This document shows, piece after piece, positions 45,546-55,166 of a stretch of 64,000 nucleotides of DNA. The notes beneath the pieces are model-generated. The model was not told the DNA's origin. It searched no databases and worked only from the letters and a program-made list of their open reading frames with translations. Position 1 is the stretch's first letter. Every line of letters starts with the position of its first letter. The DNA is from an archaeon (GTDB taxonomy: Archaea > Micrarchaeota > Micrarchaeia > CAILAH01): assembly GCA_024274875.1 (NCBI GenBank), contig JAJSAH010000009.1:8303-72302 (forward strand), in the 5' to 3' direction. The position numbers were made by a program, and so were the translations under genes.

Positions 45546-46414
45546 GCGCAGGAGCCATAGAGAGCATTTTTAGATTTTCGCTGTTTTTTATTGGCGCGGC
45601 AGCGGTTCAGCACATTCTCATGCAGAAAATGTACAGGGCGTTGTTCGTAAAACTGAAAAATGCAGGCATAATAGGGGGCATGTTCAGCCGGCCTGCGGTG
45701 ATTGCGCATGAGTTAGTGGGCCATCTCATTCCAGCTATGTTGAGCGGAAGCAGAATAATCGATGTTGAGTTGAGGGAAGAAAGAGGCCATGTTGGAGTGA
45801 AATATGCAAAAAACCTGTTTGGAATGATTTCTGTGACAATTTCAGCGTTCGGACCTGCATTCTTCCTTCCTTTGTTGTTTATAGCGTTGTATGCATACCT
45901 TAATGCATACGATATTAGTTTGTATCTCACGTCTGGGGACCTCTCCAATAAAATATTTGGATTGATTTCAGATGTGTCAAGGCTTGATGAAATAAAAGAT
46001 ATAATTGTCCTGTATGCAGCAGTTGCGATTGCGCCAAGCGCAGCATCGAGCACAGGAGATATAAAAATGTTCATCTCATTCGTAAAAAACAACAAAGGTC
46101 TTGCAATAATCTGGGCAAGCGTTTGGCTCATCGTGTTCTACATAAGCTATGCGTTGGGGACGCATGCCACAGACATTGGAGCAGCAATAATCATAAACTC
46201 TTTTGCGCATTACATTTTCATGTATGCGATATCCTTTGCGGTGTTGTTTGCCATAGTTAGAGGATGGGAAAAACATGCGCTTATGGAAGGCGTTGCTGCA
46301 ATGATATGCTTTCCAGCAGCAGTAAAATTCATATTCCCATCTTTTGAATATCCTCTTATTATAGGGTTGCTTGCATCTGATTTAGTTGTGCTTGCGCTTA
46401 AAAATAAAAAATAA
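45542..46414 (+). CDS. Polytopic membrane protein with an HExxH motif (putative zincin-like membrane metallopeptidase)
   Basis: AHELVGHLIP lies near the first hydrophobic segments. About 6 further TM helices follow. Confidence 0.5.
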   Translation: MSAGAIESIFRFSLFFIGAAAVQHILMQKMYRALFVKLKNAGIIGGMFSRPAVIAHELVGHLIPAMLSGSRIIDVELREERGHVGVKYAKNLFGMISVTISAFGPAFFLPLLFIALYAYLNAYDISLYLTSGDLSNKIFGLISDVSRLDEIKDIIVLYAAVAIAPSAASSTGDIKMFISFVKNNKGLAIIWASVWLIVFYISYALGTHATDIGAAIIINSFAHYIFMYAISFAVLFAIVRGWEKHALMEGVAAMICFPAAVKFIFPSFEYPLIIGLLASDLVVLALKNKK

Positions 46415-46755
46415 TGCAGGCATATACTATTATGGATATGTTCAAAATCTTCAAGAGGGTTGTGAAAAGGCTGGTTGAGAAAAGCGGTCGAATACGGGAT
46501 AAAGTGGCTGACATACCCTCATCTTTCCTGGTTCATTTTGCAAGATTGAAGCAAAAAGACGAACAAAAGTTTGAGAGTTATCTTATAGCAAGCGTTGATG
46601 AAGAAGATAGGGATGATGCTGCTGCAAACGCATCGCAGTTGGTTGAGTATGTTGATGAGATACAGAAAAAAGGGAGGAACAGGAACAAAATTTCAAGAAA
46701 GGGCAGGAGAATGGGAAGAGCAAGAAAAGGCGCTAAGCGAAAAGCAGTCAGGTGA
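46414..46755 (+). CDS. Hypothetical protein with an Arg/Lys-rich C-terminal tail
   Basis: The ORF is translationally coupled to the upstream gene (TAATG). I recognise no family. Confidence 0.4.
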   Translation: MQAYTIMDMFKIFKRVVKRLVEKSGRIRDKVADIPSSFLVHFARLKQKDEQKFESYLIASVDEEDRDDAAANASQLVEYVDEIQKKGRNRNKISRKGRRMGRARKGAKRKAVR

Positions 46756-47203
46756 TGTAAACGCTTGCTGTGATTTTAGAGAGTTTGCCATCGTAGGAAA
46801 CTATGCGCTCCGCTGACACAATTTTTGATGGATTTGCGGGCTCATCGCCGCATGTTGCAAGGATATTTCCATCTTTATCCGAAATAGAAATAAAGTAATT
46901 GTGAATGAGACCTACCTTATCTATATCTATATTGCACCCCTGGGCAAATTTTTGTTCATTTACGCTGTATCCATCCTCATCTAAGAGTTCTCCGGGCAAC
47001 ATAAGGTTGTCGAGCGCTCTGTTTGCTTCTGCAACCAGGTCTGCATCTTCCGTACCTGCAGAACTGCTCAATGCAGACCAATATGTTAGCAGTATGCCCA
47101 TGGCTATCAGAAATATGATTGCGCCTCCAAGCGCATCATATGAGAGCACCTGCCCCCTCTTACCTTTTACGTATTGTGATAACATTATCATCACCATATG
47201 CAC
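46748..47203 (-). CDS. Type IV pilin-like protein (class III signal peptide)
   Basis: ...KGKRGQ-VLSYDALGGAIIFLIAMGILLTYW has a basic leader, G then Q at +1, and a hydrophobic helix. Confidence 0.6.
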   Translation of the reverse strand: MHMVMIMLSQYVKGKRGQVLSYDALGGAIIFLIAMGILLTYWSALSSSAGTEDADLVAEANRALDNLMLPGELLDEDGYSVNEQKFAQGCNIDIDKVGLIHNYFISISDKDGNILATCGDEPANPSKIVSAERIVSYDGKLSKITASVYIT

Positions 47204-47591
47204 CTTGCGTTATAGATACATATTCATATGACCCTACCTTTAAATAATAGAAGATGCTGTTTCCATTTACAGTTGTGTTTCCCTGCACAACTCCTCTTAA
47301 CTCATCGCCCTCTATTGTTATGCCTGATCCTTTCACGACAACAGGCAAAGTCACATTCACTTCCATGTTGTCAACATGCTGAGACAATAAGTTTGCATCG
47401 CGCACATTTTCAGCAACATAAATTAACATCGATTTGAATCTCTGCTGGGAACGCTCAGAGAACTCGCCGCTTGAATGCATGAAAATAAATGATGAAAACG
47501 ATGCAGCAATCATCAGAAAAAATGCAAAATAAGTGAGATATTCTATCGATGTCTGTCCCTTGCATCCTTTAAACAAATTCCTTGCGCACAT
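47160..47591 (-). CDS. Type IV pilin-like protein (class III signal peptide)
   Basis: With the start at the internal ATG, the N-terminus is MCARNLFKGCKGQ-TSIEYLTYFAFFLMIAASF, with Q at +1 and E at +5. Confidence 0.6.
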   Translation of the reverse strand: MCARNLFKGCKGQTSIEYLTYFAFFLMIAASFSSFIFMHSSGEFSERSQQRFKSMLIYVAENVRDANLLSQHVDNMEVNVTLPVVVKGSGITIEGDELRGVVQGNTTVNGNSIFYYLKVGSYEYVSITQGAYGDDNVITIRKR

Positions 47592-47997
47592 GAACTTTTC
47601 CCCCCATATTTTCGAAAACGAATGAATAGGTTCCCCCGCTTGGAAGATCGATCTCTGCATACTCAAACATTGCCGGCCCCATCCTTACCACATCTGACTC
47701 TAAATTGCCGTATTTTACAAATATGGAAACAGATGTTCCATTGAGCGTGATCTTCTGCGCATGCTTGGGCAGGACTATAAGCCTGCTTATTTTAGTGCCT
47801 TCTGATTGAACGCCAACCATCGCCCCATACTTTATGAACTCGTTGCACGCAGCTTCTGCTTGCGAAAGGCTTGCATAATACTCTTTCTGCGGCGCAGAAA
47901 CATAGAAATACATAAACACTGGAACGGTTAAGAGCAGGAACATTGCGACAACTGCAAGAAATTCAACTGCTGGCTGGCCTCTCCTCATATCAATCAA
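47569..47997 (-). CDS. Type IV pilin-like protein (class III signal peptide)
   Basis: MIDMRRGQ-PAVEFLAVVAMFLLLTVPVF has Q at +1 and E at +5. Confidence 0.65.
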   Translation of the reverse strand: MIDMRRGQPAVEFLAVVAMFLLLTVPVFMYFYVSAPQKEYYASLSQAEAACNEFIKYGAMVGVQSEGTKISRLIVLPKHAQKITLNGTSVSIFVKYGNLESDVVRMGPAMFEYAEIDLPSGGTYSFVFENMGGKVHVRKEFV

Positions 47998-49516
47998 CCC
48001 TTATCTCATCCATTCCGTAATCGCCCGCTCGCCCATCGCTTATCCTAAACTTTCCTATAACCATTTCTTCTTCATCTATGCGGTTTCCATCTATCACAAG
48101 CGGGTCGTTGCACATGCCCATCGTTATGCAACCCGGCATGCCCATAATTTTATCTCCAGGAATGTTCCTGTAATACTCATTAGCTACTCTCGAACGAGGC
48201 TGTCTTGCCCATTCGCCAACTGCGAATGTTTCCAAGCCAAGCAAGCCATCGTTAGCATTAAGGTTTCCCTCAAGCCTGCTTAGAATGCTTGGTCCGGAAT
48301 GCATTGCAAAATAATTTGCGCATAAGACTGCTGCGCGCTGGTCCTCAATATTGTATATCACGGCATCTTCACGCGTTGGTGGATATTCTTCCGTAGTTTC
48401 AAACTCCCTAAGCAAATTGGAAATTAGAACTTTGTCTCCTGAGCTTACGGAATGCGAAGTGATTTTAACAAATGGAACATTGGGCTGCGTTCCTTGGCCG
48501 TTGTAGGCATGCACCTTCCCCCTAACTTCTTCATATGTGTCAAACATGGAACCCCAATTAACCGAACTGCACCCCTGTGGGCTTACTATGTAATACCTTC
48601 CGCAATATATGCATGGAGATCGCTCAACCCAAGTTTCAATCTCATAGTTGCATGTTGAACCGTCCTCAGCGATTATTGTCCCAGAACTGGATGAATATTC
48701 GCTGTTATCCTCGCCCTCTAGAATAACCCCTCTAAACCTTCCAAGTTTGCTTCTCCACGCGTCGAGCTCATCGCCTTTAACAAGCAGGATTTTATTAAAC
48801 CACGCATTTTCACCTAACGCATCGGCGCGGCTTGCGCTGACAACCTCTCCGTATGCCCAACCTCTCCCGTATTTTCCATTAGCGACGATATCAACATCTT
48901 CAAGCTCAGCAACCGGAATTGAAGAGTTTATTATGGGTCTCAGCACTGGGGCGCACTCTGATGGGTTAGGAAGCGAAGAGCATTGCTTGGACGACTCAAC
49001 CGCAAGCATAGGGTCGTACACGCCCTGCACGCTGAATATTACCTCCCTGCTCAACGATTTGCTCACTTTCACGCCGTTTCCAAATGCGGATATATCTGTA
49101 CTTACAGATAACTTTGCGTCATACGGTCCAACAAGCTCCAACTGGCATGTAGGGTCTGTGTATGACAATTCAAGCCCCATATCTGACGCGCGGAGAGCAA
49201 CCGAATTTAAGTATGCAACAAACTTTTGCGTGAATTTGCCGCAAATCTCTTCGTCAGCGTCAGTTTGCAAATATTCACCATTGTTTATCACTTCCATATC
49301 AACATCGTGCAACGACCTCTTAGCGAGTTGAGATAATGAATAGTTAAATGCAGGAGAATCAAGGTCTGAAAACAATGATGAAAGCGCGCGCATGCGCGCA
49401 TGCGAAGAGCGTGTTTTTTCCTCTATACTAACTCTCTGCGATTCTATGCTCAGTATGAGCGCCAGGAAAAATATGAGAACAAGCATCGATAATGTGAGCG
49501 CAAATCCCTTCTTCAT
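47990..49516 (-). CDS. Large pilin-like or pilus-associated protein (508 aa) with a prepilin-type N-terminus
   Basis: MKKGF-ALTLSMLVLIFFLALILS has a G-then-F junction. A large, presumably extracellular domain follows, with no motif I recognise. Confidence 0.55.
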   Translation of the reverse strand: MKKGFALTLSMLVLIFFLALILSIESQRVSIEEKTRSSHARMRALSSLFSDLDSPAFNYSLSQLAKRSLHDVDMEVINNGEYLQTDADEEICGKFTQKFVAYLNSVALRASDMGLELSYTDPTCQLELVGPYDAKLSVSTDISAFGNGVKVSKSLSREVIFSVQGVYDPMLAVESSKQCSSLPNPSECAPVLRPIINSSIPVAELEDVDIVANGKYGRGWAYGEVVSASRADALGENAWFNKILLVKGDELDAWRSKLGRFRGVILEGEDNSEYSSSSGTIIAEDGSTCNYEIETWVERSPCIYCGRYYIVSPQGCSSVNWGSMFDTYEEVRGKVHAYNGQGTQPNVPFVKITSHSVSSGDKVLISNLLREFETTEEYPPTREDAVIYNIEDQRAAVLCANYFAMHSGPSILSRLEGNLNANDGLLGLETFAVGEWARQPRSRVANEYYRNIPGDKIMGMPGCITMGMCNDPLVIDGNRIDEEEMVIGKFRISDGRAGDYGMDEIRVD

Positions 49517-50082
49517 ACTGACACCACCACTCTTACAAACGCATTTTCATACCCTGCACCTTCAACAGCAAATTCATCAGGAGAATACAAATCGCTCGGC
49601 AGCATGCACACATTGGCGCCTGCATTCAACCCCTCCCCTGGATCGCAGTAATCGCCATACTTGTATGGAGTTGTATAATGCTCGTTTTCAAGTATTACAG
49701 GAATGGTTGAAACAACAGATATGCTGCGCAACGCGCCATCCTTTTCGCGCGCGCACGATTCAAAACTCTTCCATTTTTCGCCATCAAAATATTGTATTTT
49801 TATACCATACTGGCTTGGAACCAAACTCATTATATCCTCGCACAGCGCAGGGTTTTCATTGAGCATATGCACCATAGGGACTTTTCTAACCGTGCCATCA
49901 CCTGCATTATAATCAACGGGCTTTTGCAAGAGCACATTCATTATGCTTCGGCCATATGAATACAGCGCTTCATCCTGAAGGTATGAATAATCGCGTGAGT
50001 ATTGATTCAGCATGCTCACAAACGCAACAACAATTAAGAGCGAAATAAATGCGTCAAGCATGAATACGAAGCCGCGTCGCAT
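49513..50082 (-). CDS. Pilin-like protein with a prepilin-type N-terminus (first gene of the cluster)
   Basis: MRRGF-VFMLDAFISLLIVVAFVSML is the N-terminus. Its stop overlaps the next gene start by 4 nt. Confidence 0.55.
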   Translation of the reverse strand: MRRGFVFMLDAFISLLIVVAFVSMLNQYSRDYSYLQDEALYSYGRSIMNVLLQKPVDYNAGDGTVRKVPMVHMLNENPALCEDIMSLVPSQYGIKIQYFDGEKWKSFESCAREKDGALRSISVVSTIPVILENEHYTTPYKYGDYCDPGEGLNAGANVCMLPSDLYSPDEFAVEGAGYENAFVRVVVSV

Positions 50083-50127
50083 GATTGAATTTATGCTATC
50101 ATATTAATAAACTTTTTCTACCGTGCG

Positions 50128-51879
50128 TTAATTCTCGCGCACATACTTTTGGCTTTTATACATATCTATTATTTCATCTACGGTTGTGGCGTCCTCGGGC
50201 CGCTTATCCTCTCGCATCTCGCCAACCATGCGCGGAAACCTTAACGCATATCCTGGCTCATCGCCTACTTTTCCACAGGTATGGAGAGGAGACTTGGTAA
50301 TCTCATCAGCTTTAACCGTAATCACATAACGTGGCTCAACCCAATAAGTTGGCTTAATTATTGAATCGACGCGCGGATTGGGGGACTTAACCTTAATCTT
50401 CGATAAAATGCGCCTGAGCGATTGCATCTGCTCCTCGCTGAATCCAGACCCCACCTTTGCAATCGTGCGGAACATATCATCATGCGAATCATACACTGCT
50501 CCCAACACTCCTCCGAATCCAAACTTTGCGCGCGAACCTTTCCCTGCATAATAACCCACTATTGCAATATCTATGGTGTCGCTAAGCTCGCCTTTATAAG
50601 AGCGCTTCAGCTTTATCCATGCAAACTTTCTGGCCCCCGCAATATACGGTGCATTTAAATCCTTAGCCATCAACCCTTCCAAACCGCGCGATATGAAATC
50701 ATTAAAATGCTGCTCGATTTGGCAGGCAGTTTTAACAATATAACCTTCAGAGATGCGCATAACTCCGCTATTGCTTTTGGAGATGAGAGATTCCAACGCT
50801 TCCCTCCTTTTCCTAAGCGGCAGACCCATTAAATTCTCGCCGTCCAAATATAGTATGTCAAACGCAAATAACTTCAATGGCATTTCAGCAGCCTTCTTCT
50901 GCACGCCGTGCTTTCTCTTCCGCGTTATAGTCTGCTGAAATGGGTAGAACTCGCCCGTGTTCTCGTTATACGCCAAAGCCTCCCCTTCAAAAATTGCCTC
51001 CTCGCATTTCAGCTCATTTTTTATTGCATTAACAATCTCTGGAAGCATGTCAGTCATCCTCTCCATCCTGCGAGAGAATATCTCAACCTTACCATCCTTT
51101 TTGTGGCATTGGAGCCTAAATCCATCATACTTTGCCTCAACAAGGCATGGCCCAAGCTTTTCTATTATTTCTTCCGCTGATGGCAGGCGCTCGGCGAGCG
51201 CGGAACGCACAGGAGTAAACACTTGCACGCCAATATCCTTGAGCGAAGCAGGATTTTTGCAATACTTGAATGCTATTAGCCCAAGGTCAGATAGAAGATT
51301 GTATGCGTGTTCTATGTATTCTCTATCGCTTTTGTCGCCTTTGCGCATAAAAGAAAGAGCATCCAAAACCGTTGGGTCGCCGATACCCAACCTCAACCTG
51401 CCTATGGGGAAACGCGCTATATACCTTGCTTCAACTGGAGATGCATTGTTAATGAGTTCTGCGAGAAGAGAGATTTTTAAATCCTGCGAACCATGCCCTG
51501 ACGCAACAGCAATCTTATAAAATGTATCATACACCTTCTTTATAGTAAGCTTTTGCGTAAACAGTGAAGTTTGCTTCTTTTTCGCGCACAACTCCTCTGC
51601 AACCGTGCCCAAATCCCCCATCTTTAAGTACAGCTTCTCAACCTGCTTCTTCGAGTATCCTGTGGCTTTGCACACAGCTTCTTCAACCAACCTCTCGCCA
51701 AGACCAACATCTATGCCTTTAAATGATGGCGCAATCCTGCCCTGGAGCAGATACACTGACAGCTTCACATCAGCAGGAGGGAGAGATGAGAACAACTGCG
51801 CGATTATTCCAACCATTGCATTCCTCGATGAAGTTGCTTCCAATTTGCTCATCGCGCCCGCTAGAACTGAAAAATTCAT
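50128..51879 (-). CDS. lig: ATP-dependent DNA ligase
   Basis: The adenylation motif is EAKYDGFRLQ (KxDG). EGLMAK and WIKLK are also present. The start is set at MNFSVLAGAMSKLEATSSRN. The ORF track has an 18-codon upstream extension. Confidence 0.9.
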   Translation of the reverse strand: MNFSVLAGAMSKLEATSSRNAMVGIIAQLFSSLPPADVKLSVYLLQGRIAPSFKGIDVGLGERLVEEAVCKATGYSKKQVEKLYLKMGDLGTVAEELCAKKKQTSLFTQKLTIKKVYDTFYKIAVASGHGSQDLKISLLAELINNASPVEARYIARFPIGRLRLGIGDPTVLDALSFMRKGDKSDREYIEHAYNLLSDLGLIAFKYCKNPASLKDIGVQVFTPVRSALAERLPSAEEIIEKLGPCLVEAKYDGFRLQCHKKDGKVEIFSRRMERMTDMLPEIVNAIKNELKCEEAIFEGEALAYNENTGEFYPFQQTITRKRKHGVQKKAAEMPLKLFAFDILYLDGENLMGLPLRKRREALESLISKSNSGVMRISEGYIVKTACQIEQHFNDFISRGLEGLMAKDLNAPYIAGARKFAWIKLKRSYKGELSDTIDIAIVGYYAGKGSRAKFGFGGVLGAVYDSHDDMFRTIAKVGSGFSEEQMQSLRRILSKIKVKSPNPRVDSIIKPTYWVEPRYVITVKADEITKSPLHTCGKVGDEPGYALRFPRMVGEMREDKRPEDATTVDEIIDMYKSQKYVREN

Positions 51880-51971
51880 AACAGCATTTCGAGAATAAAG
51901 AATAAAAATTATGCATTTAGTTATTCGAAACATTTAATGAAATGGAGTCCTTAAATTGTTCTCCATCATCG

Positions 51972-52742
51972 TCATCCACCAACTGCTTCATACCTTCCTT
52001 TAACATGCATCCACAATACAAAATAAATTATAGAGGTTAAAATCACAGCAATGCCTGCACCTGCATATTCATAGATGTTCGGCTCGATGAACAGAGCGCT
52101 TGAAGGGAGGGCTGCAATAAATACCAACGGAAATATGGTGGTTAAGATTGCGGTAAAACCCTTTAAATGAGTGATCGGAAGGTCAGCATACCGCAACATG
52201 GACCAAATGATGCTCGATAAGAACTCTGCAGATCTCTCATACGCTATAAGCAAAATAACTGAATAATTAAGCAAGTTTATGAGAACGAGAACGCCGCACG
52301 CAAAAAGAAAGACAAATCCTAATGATAATGAAACATTAAACACATGCATGAATGCAAGCAAAAACAGGATTTGGGCAAACAAGCGCATAATAGATGAAGG
52401 ATTAATATGCATTCCATATATCATAATGAGCGGGTGCACGGGCTTGTAAAAATATGTAACTATTGTTTTTCTGCCTTCGCTGGATGATAAAATGTACCAT
52501 ACATCAAATATGCCTATAATCTCAGCGAAAGCAAATGCAAGACCGAACACCATAGGCAGGACTGCAAGATATTTGAATTCCCAACCAAACAACGCTTGAG
52601 AACCGCCATCCGTGATTAAGTACCACATGAATGGGACTGCTGCCACATCAACAAACAACATAAGAAATGAGTAAAAGTACTCAATTTTGTACTGGTTGTA
52701 CTCCTTTATCTTAACTAAAAGAAACCTCAAAAACAAGTTCAA
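51972..52742 (-). CDS. ABC-2-type transporter permease
   Basis: It has about 6 TM helices and follows a second permease and an ATPase directly, in operon order. Confidence 0.6.
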   Translation of the reverse strand: MNLFLRFLLVKIKEYNQYKIEYFYSFLMLFVDVAAVPFMWYLITDGGSQALFGWEFKYLAVLPMVFGLAFAFAEIIGIFDVWYILSSSEGRKTIVTYFYKPVHPLIMIYGMHINPSSIMRLFAQILFLLAFMHVFNVSLSLGFVFLFACGVLVLINLLNYSVILLIAYERSAEFLSSIIWSMLRYADLPITHLKGFTAILTTIFPLVFIAALPSSALFIEPNIYEYAGAGIAVILTSIIYFVLWMHVKGRYEAVGG

Positions 52743-53492
52743 TTAACCACCCAATGATTCAAACTTTCTCATTCCAACTCTGTGGATTGCATATCCAATC
52801 GCAATAAAGAGCAATGACCATGCTAACAGAACTGCGTATGATGAATATGGAAAATTTCCATCAAGTATTGCATTTGCAATATAATGTATTTTGTTGGGAA
52901 ATGGCAGTATCGAGAGCATCTGCAAGTAAGCGGGAGGGAACAGCGCAAGAGGAATTACCATTCCACCAAATATATTCTGTATTATGTTGTAAAATACGCG
53001 AATGCCCCATACAGAATATGTAAAATACGTTAATGATGAAATCAAGTATGCTGTGCATATTTCGTACATAATAACGAATATAATCGAAACGATATATACC
53101 GGCACAGAAGGAGATGCGCCCAATAAATAGAGCGCAACCATCCCAACGATGAAGTTTAACACTATGAGAACAGATTCACTGCCAATCTTAAGGAATGCAT
53201 TGTAGCTGAACCATCCAACAGGTTTCGCGAACGGAAGCATCCATCCTGCCCGAATTTTGCGCTCGTAATCCATTACTACACTGAAGAAAAAATGCAAGGG
53301 TATAAACAGGTTAACTGCAATGAAATATGTTAAGAAATCGTGCTGAGGAGACAGCGATGCCCATATGAACGCAATCACCAATGCAGAAATGATTGATGAA
53401 ATAACATTTCCAAAAACGTTTCCCTTATATTGAATTGCAGTTTTAACGCCTGCAACGAAAGATGCTTTGATTGAACGAGCCGCAAACATCAC
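52743..53492 (-). CDS. ABC-2-type transporter permease
   Basis: It has about 6 TM helices. Spacing to the downstream permease is zero, and it overlaps the ATPase gene by 4 nt. Confidence 0.6.
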   Translation of the reverse strand: MMFAARSIKASFVAGVKTAIQYKGNVFGNVISSIISALVIAFIWASLSPQHDFLTYFIAVNLFIPLHFFFSVVMDYERKIRAGWMLPFAKPVGWFSYNAFLKIGSESVLIVLNFIVGMVALYLLGASPSVPVYIVSIIFVIMYEICTAYLISSLTYFTYSVWGIRVFYNIIQNIFGGMVIPLALFPPAYLQMLSILPFPNKIHYIANAILDGNFPYSSYAVLLAWSLLFIAIGYAIHRVGMRKFESLGG

Positions 53493-54430
53493 ATCGCCCT
53501 GTAATATTCAGATAATATTTCCTCAAGAGATGGGTCGCTAACAGATAAGGAAGAAAGCTTGTAAGTTGAAAGAATGTCTGAAATCGCTTTAATCTGGTCT
53601 GAACGCTTGATTCTTCCAGACGCAATGTTGCCTTTGCGTGAAAGCCGGTATTTCTGCATCACATCTCTTCTGCCAACCTTCTGCAATATCTCAAAAGTTA
53701 TGTGTTTGTAGTCCACATATTCATCTCTGAATTTCTGGATAGAACCGTCATACATAAGATTTCCCTTGTGTATTAGTATCATGCGATTGCACAACAGTTC
53801 TATTTCAGAAAGATTATGAGTGGTGAGTATAATCGTTGTTTTGGTTTTTTCATTTATTGTTCTCAGGAAATTGTATATGCTCTGCTTTGCAACTGCATCA
53901 AGCGCTATCGTAGGTTCGTCCAAAAGAACTGCTTTGGGGGAATGAAGAAATACTGCTGCTGTCTCTGCGCGCATCCTCTGGCCAAATGAAAGCTTCCTCA
54001 CAGGGATCTGAAGCAGTGGGTCGAGATCAAGCATAGATGTGAATAATGAGAGGTTGCGGCTAAATGTTTTCTCAGGCACCCCATAAATATCCTTCAGCAG
54101 AAGGAATGAATCTATTACAGGAATGTCAAATACCAAGTTGGAGCGGTTTCCGAACATAACGCCTATTGACTTGAAGAAATCTGACCTCCTTTTTTGAGGA
54201 TTATAGCCGGACAAAATAACTTCTCCCGAAGACGGCGTAAGTATGCCCGAAAGAATTTTCATAGTGGTAGTCTTGCCTGCGCCGTTAGGTCCAACCAATC
54301 CAACAAATTCCCCTCTGCTGATGCCGAATGAAATGCCGTGCAGAACTTCAACGCTTTTCCATCTAGGGAAAACGAAGTATTTCCCTGCGGGAACATTGAA
54401 AGATTTTGACAGGCGCCTGACCTTAATCAT
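53489..54430 (-). CDS. ABC transporter ATP-binding protein
   Basis: Walker A is GPNGAGKTT, the signature is LSFGQRMR, Walker B is LLDEPT and the H-loop is TTHN. Confidence 0.9.
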   Translation of the reverse strand: MIKVRRLSKSFNVPAGKYFVFPRWKSVEVLHGISFGISRGEFVGLVGPNGAGKTTTMKILSGILTPSSGEVILSGYNPQKRRSDFFKSIGVMFGNRSNLVFDIPVIDSFLLLKDIYGVPEKTFSRNLSLFTSMLDLDPLLQIPVRKLSFGQRMRAETAAVFLHSPKAVLLDEPTIALDAVAKQSIYNFLRTINEKTKTTIILTTHNLSEIELLCNRMILIHKGNLMYDGSIQKFRDEYVDYKHITFEILQKVGRRDVMQKYRLSRKGNIASGRIKRSDQIKAISDILSTYKLSSLSVSDPSLEEILSEYYRAM

Positions 54431-54507
54431 AAACTGAATTGAACTAAGAAATCATTTAAGCGTAAGCGCGAACATTAAAAAAATATCCTCCTTAAAAATA
54501 ATGAGGC

Positions 54508-54580
54508 GGGCCCGTAGTCGAGGGGTTAAGACGTCTGCTTGACGTGCAGAAGATCCCAGGTTCGAATCCTGGCGGGCCCA
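54508..54580 (+). tRNA. tRNA-Val (anticodon GAC)
   Basis: Acceptor stem is GGGCCCG/CGGGCCC with discriminator A. Anticodon arm is UCUGC-UUGACGU-GCAGA. T arm is CCAGG-UUCGAAU-CCUGG. Length is 73 nt. Confidence 0.9.
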
Positions 54581-54583
54581 TTC

Positions 54584-55162
54584 ATGATTATTGTTTTTGA
54601 GGGGATTGACGGGTGCGGAAAGGGAACGCAGATACGCGAACTCTCTAAAATCATGCGGTTTGATGCAAAGAATTATCCTGATAGGAAAGGGGTTTATGGG
54701 GAGCTGTTCAACAACATATTGAAAGATAGAGCGGGGTTTAGTGTGGGCGCTGAATCGCTGTTCGCAATGTTTCTCATGGATATGCTTAAAGATGCGGAGT
54801 TGTTGAAGCAGTATAAGGGCAATGCAAGCAAAACCTTGCTCATTGATCGGTATGCGCACTCAACGCTAGCATACCAGTGCGCGCAGGGTGTAGATTATGA
54901 AAAAGGCAAACAGATGATAAGGAAGTTTGGGCTCGTAGAGCCAGACCTTGTCATAATAATGCACATAACCCCTGAAGAAAGCATGAACAGAATAAGAAGA
55001 GAGAAGGAGATTTTTGAGAATGAAGGTTTTCTGAGCAAAGTATCGGAGAATTATGCAAGAATATTTGATGAAAAATTCTTTGCTGAAAAAATGTACTGGG
55101 TAGATGGGATAAAAAATGTTGAAGAGATAAACAGAGAGATACGCGGCATAATAAACAAATAA
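54584..55162 (+). CDS. tmk: Thymidylate kinase
   Basis: The P-loop is MIIVFEGIDGCGKGTQ and the DRY motif is LIDRYAHSTLAYQ. The ATG begins 3 nt after the tRNA-Val 3' end. The upstream extension in the ORF track runs through the tRNA and was rejected. Confidence 0.85.
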   Translation: MIIVFEGIDGCGKGTQIRELSKIMRFDAKNYPDRKGVYGELFNNILKDRAGFSVGAESLFAMFLMDMLKDAELLKQYKGNASKTLLIDRYAHSTLAYQCAQGVDYEKGKQMIRKFGLVEPDLVIIMHITPEESMNRIRREKEIFENEGFLSKVSENYARIFDEKFFAEKMYWVDGIKNVEEINREIRGIINK

Positions 55163-55166
55163 AAAT

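Noticed and set aside
226-54580. tRNA genes as possible integration sites for a genomic island, prophage or other mobile element
   Set aside because: I recognised no integrase, transposase, terminal inverted repeats or duplicated tRNA 3' halves anywhere in the window. The genes next to the tRNAs are housekeeping genes.
54452-54859. A 135-aa minus-strand ORF, and the 15-codon 5' extension of the tmk ORF (54539-54583)
   Set aside because: Both overlap the tRNA-Val gene. The tmk P-loop N-terminus, MIIVFEGIDGCGKGTQ, starts at 54584.
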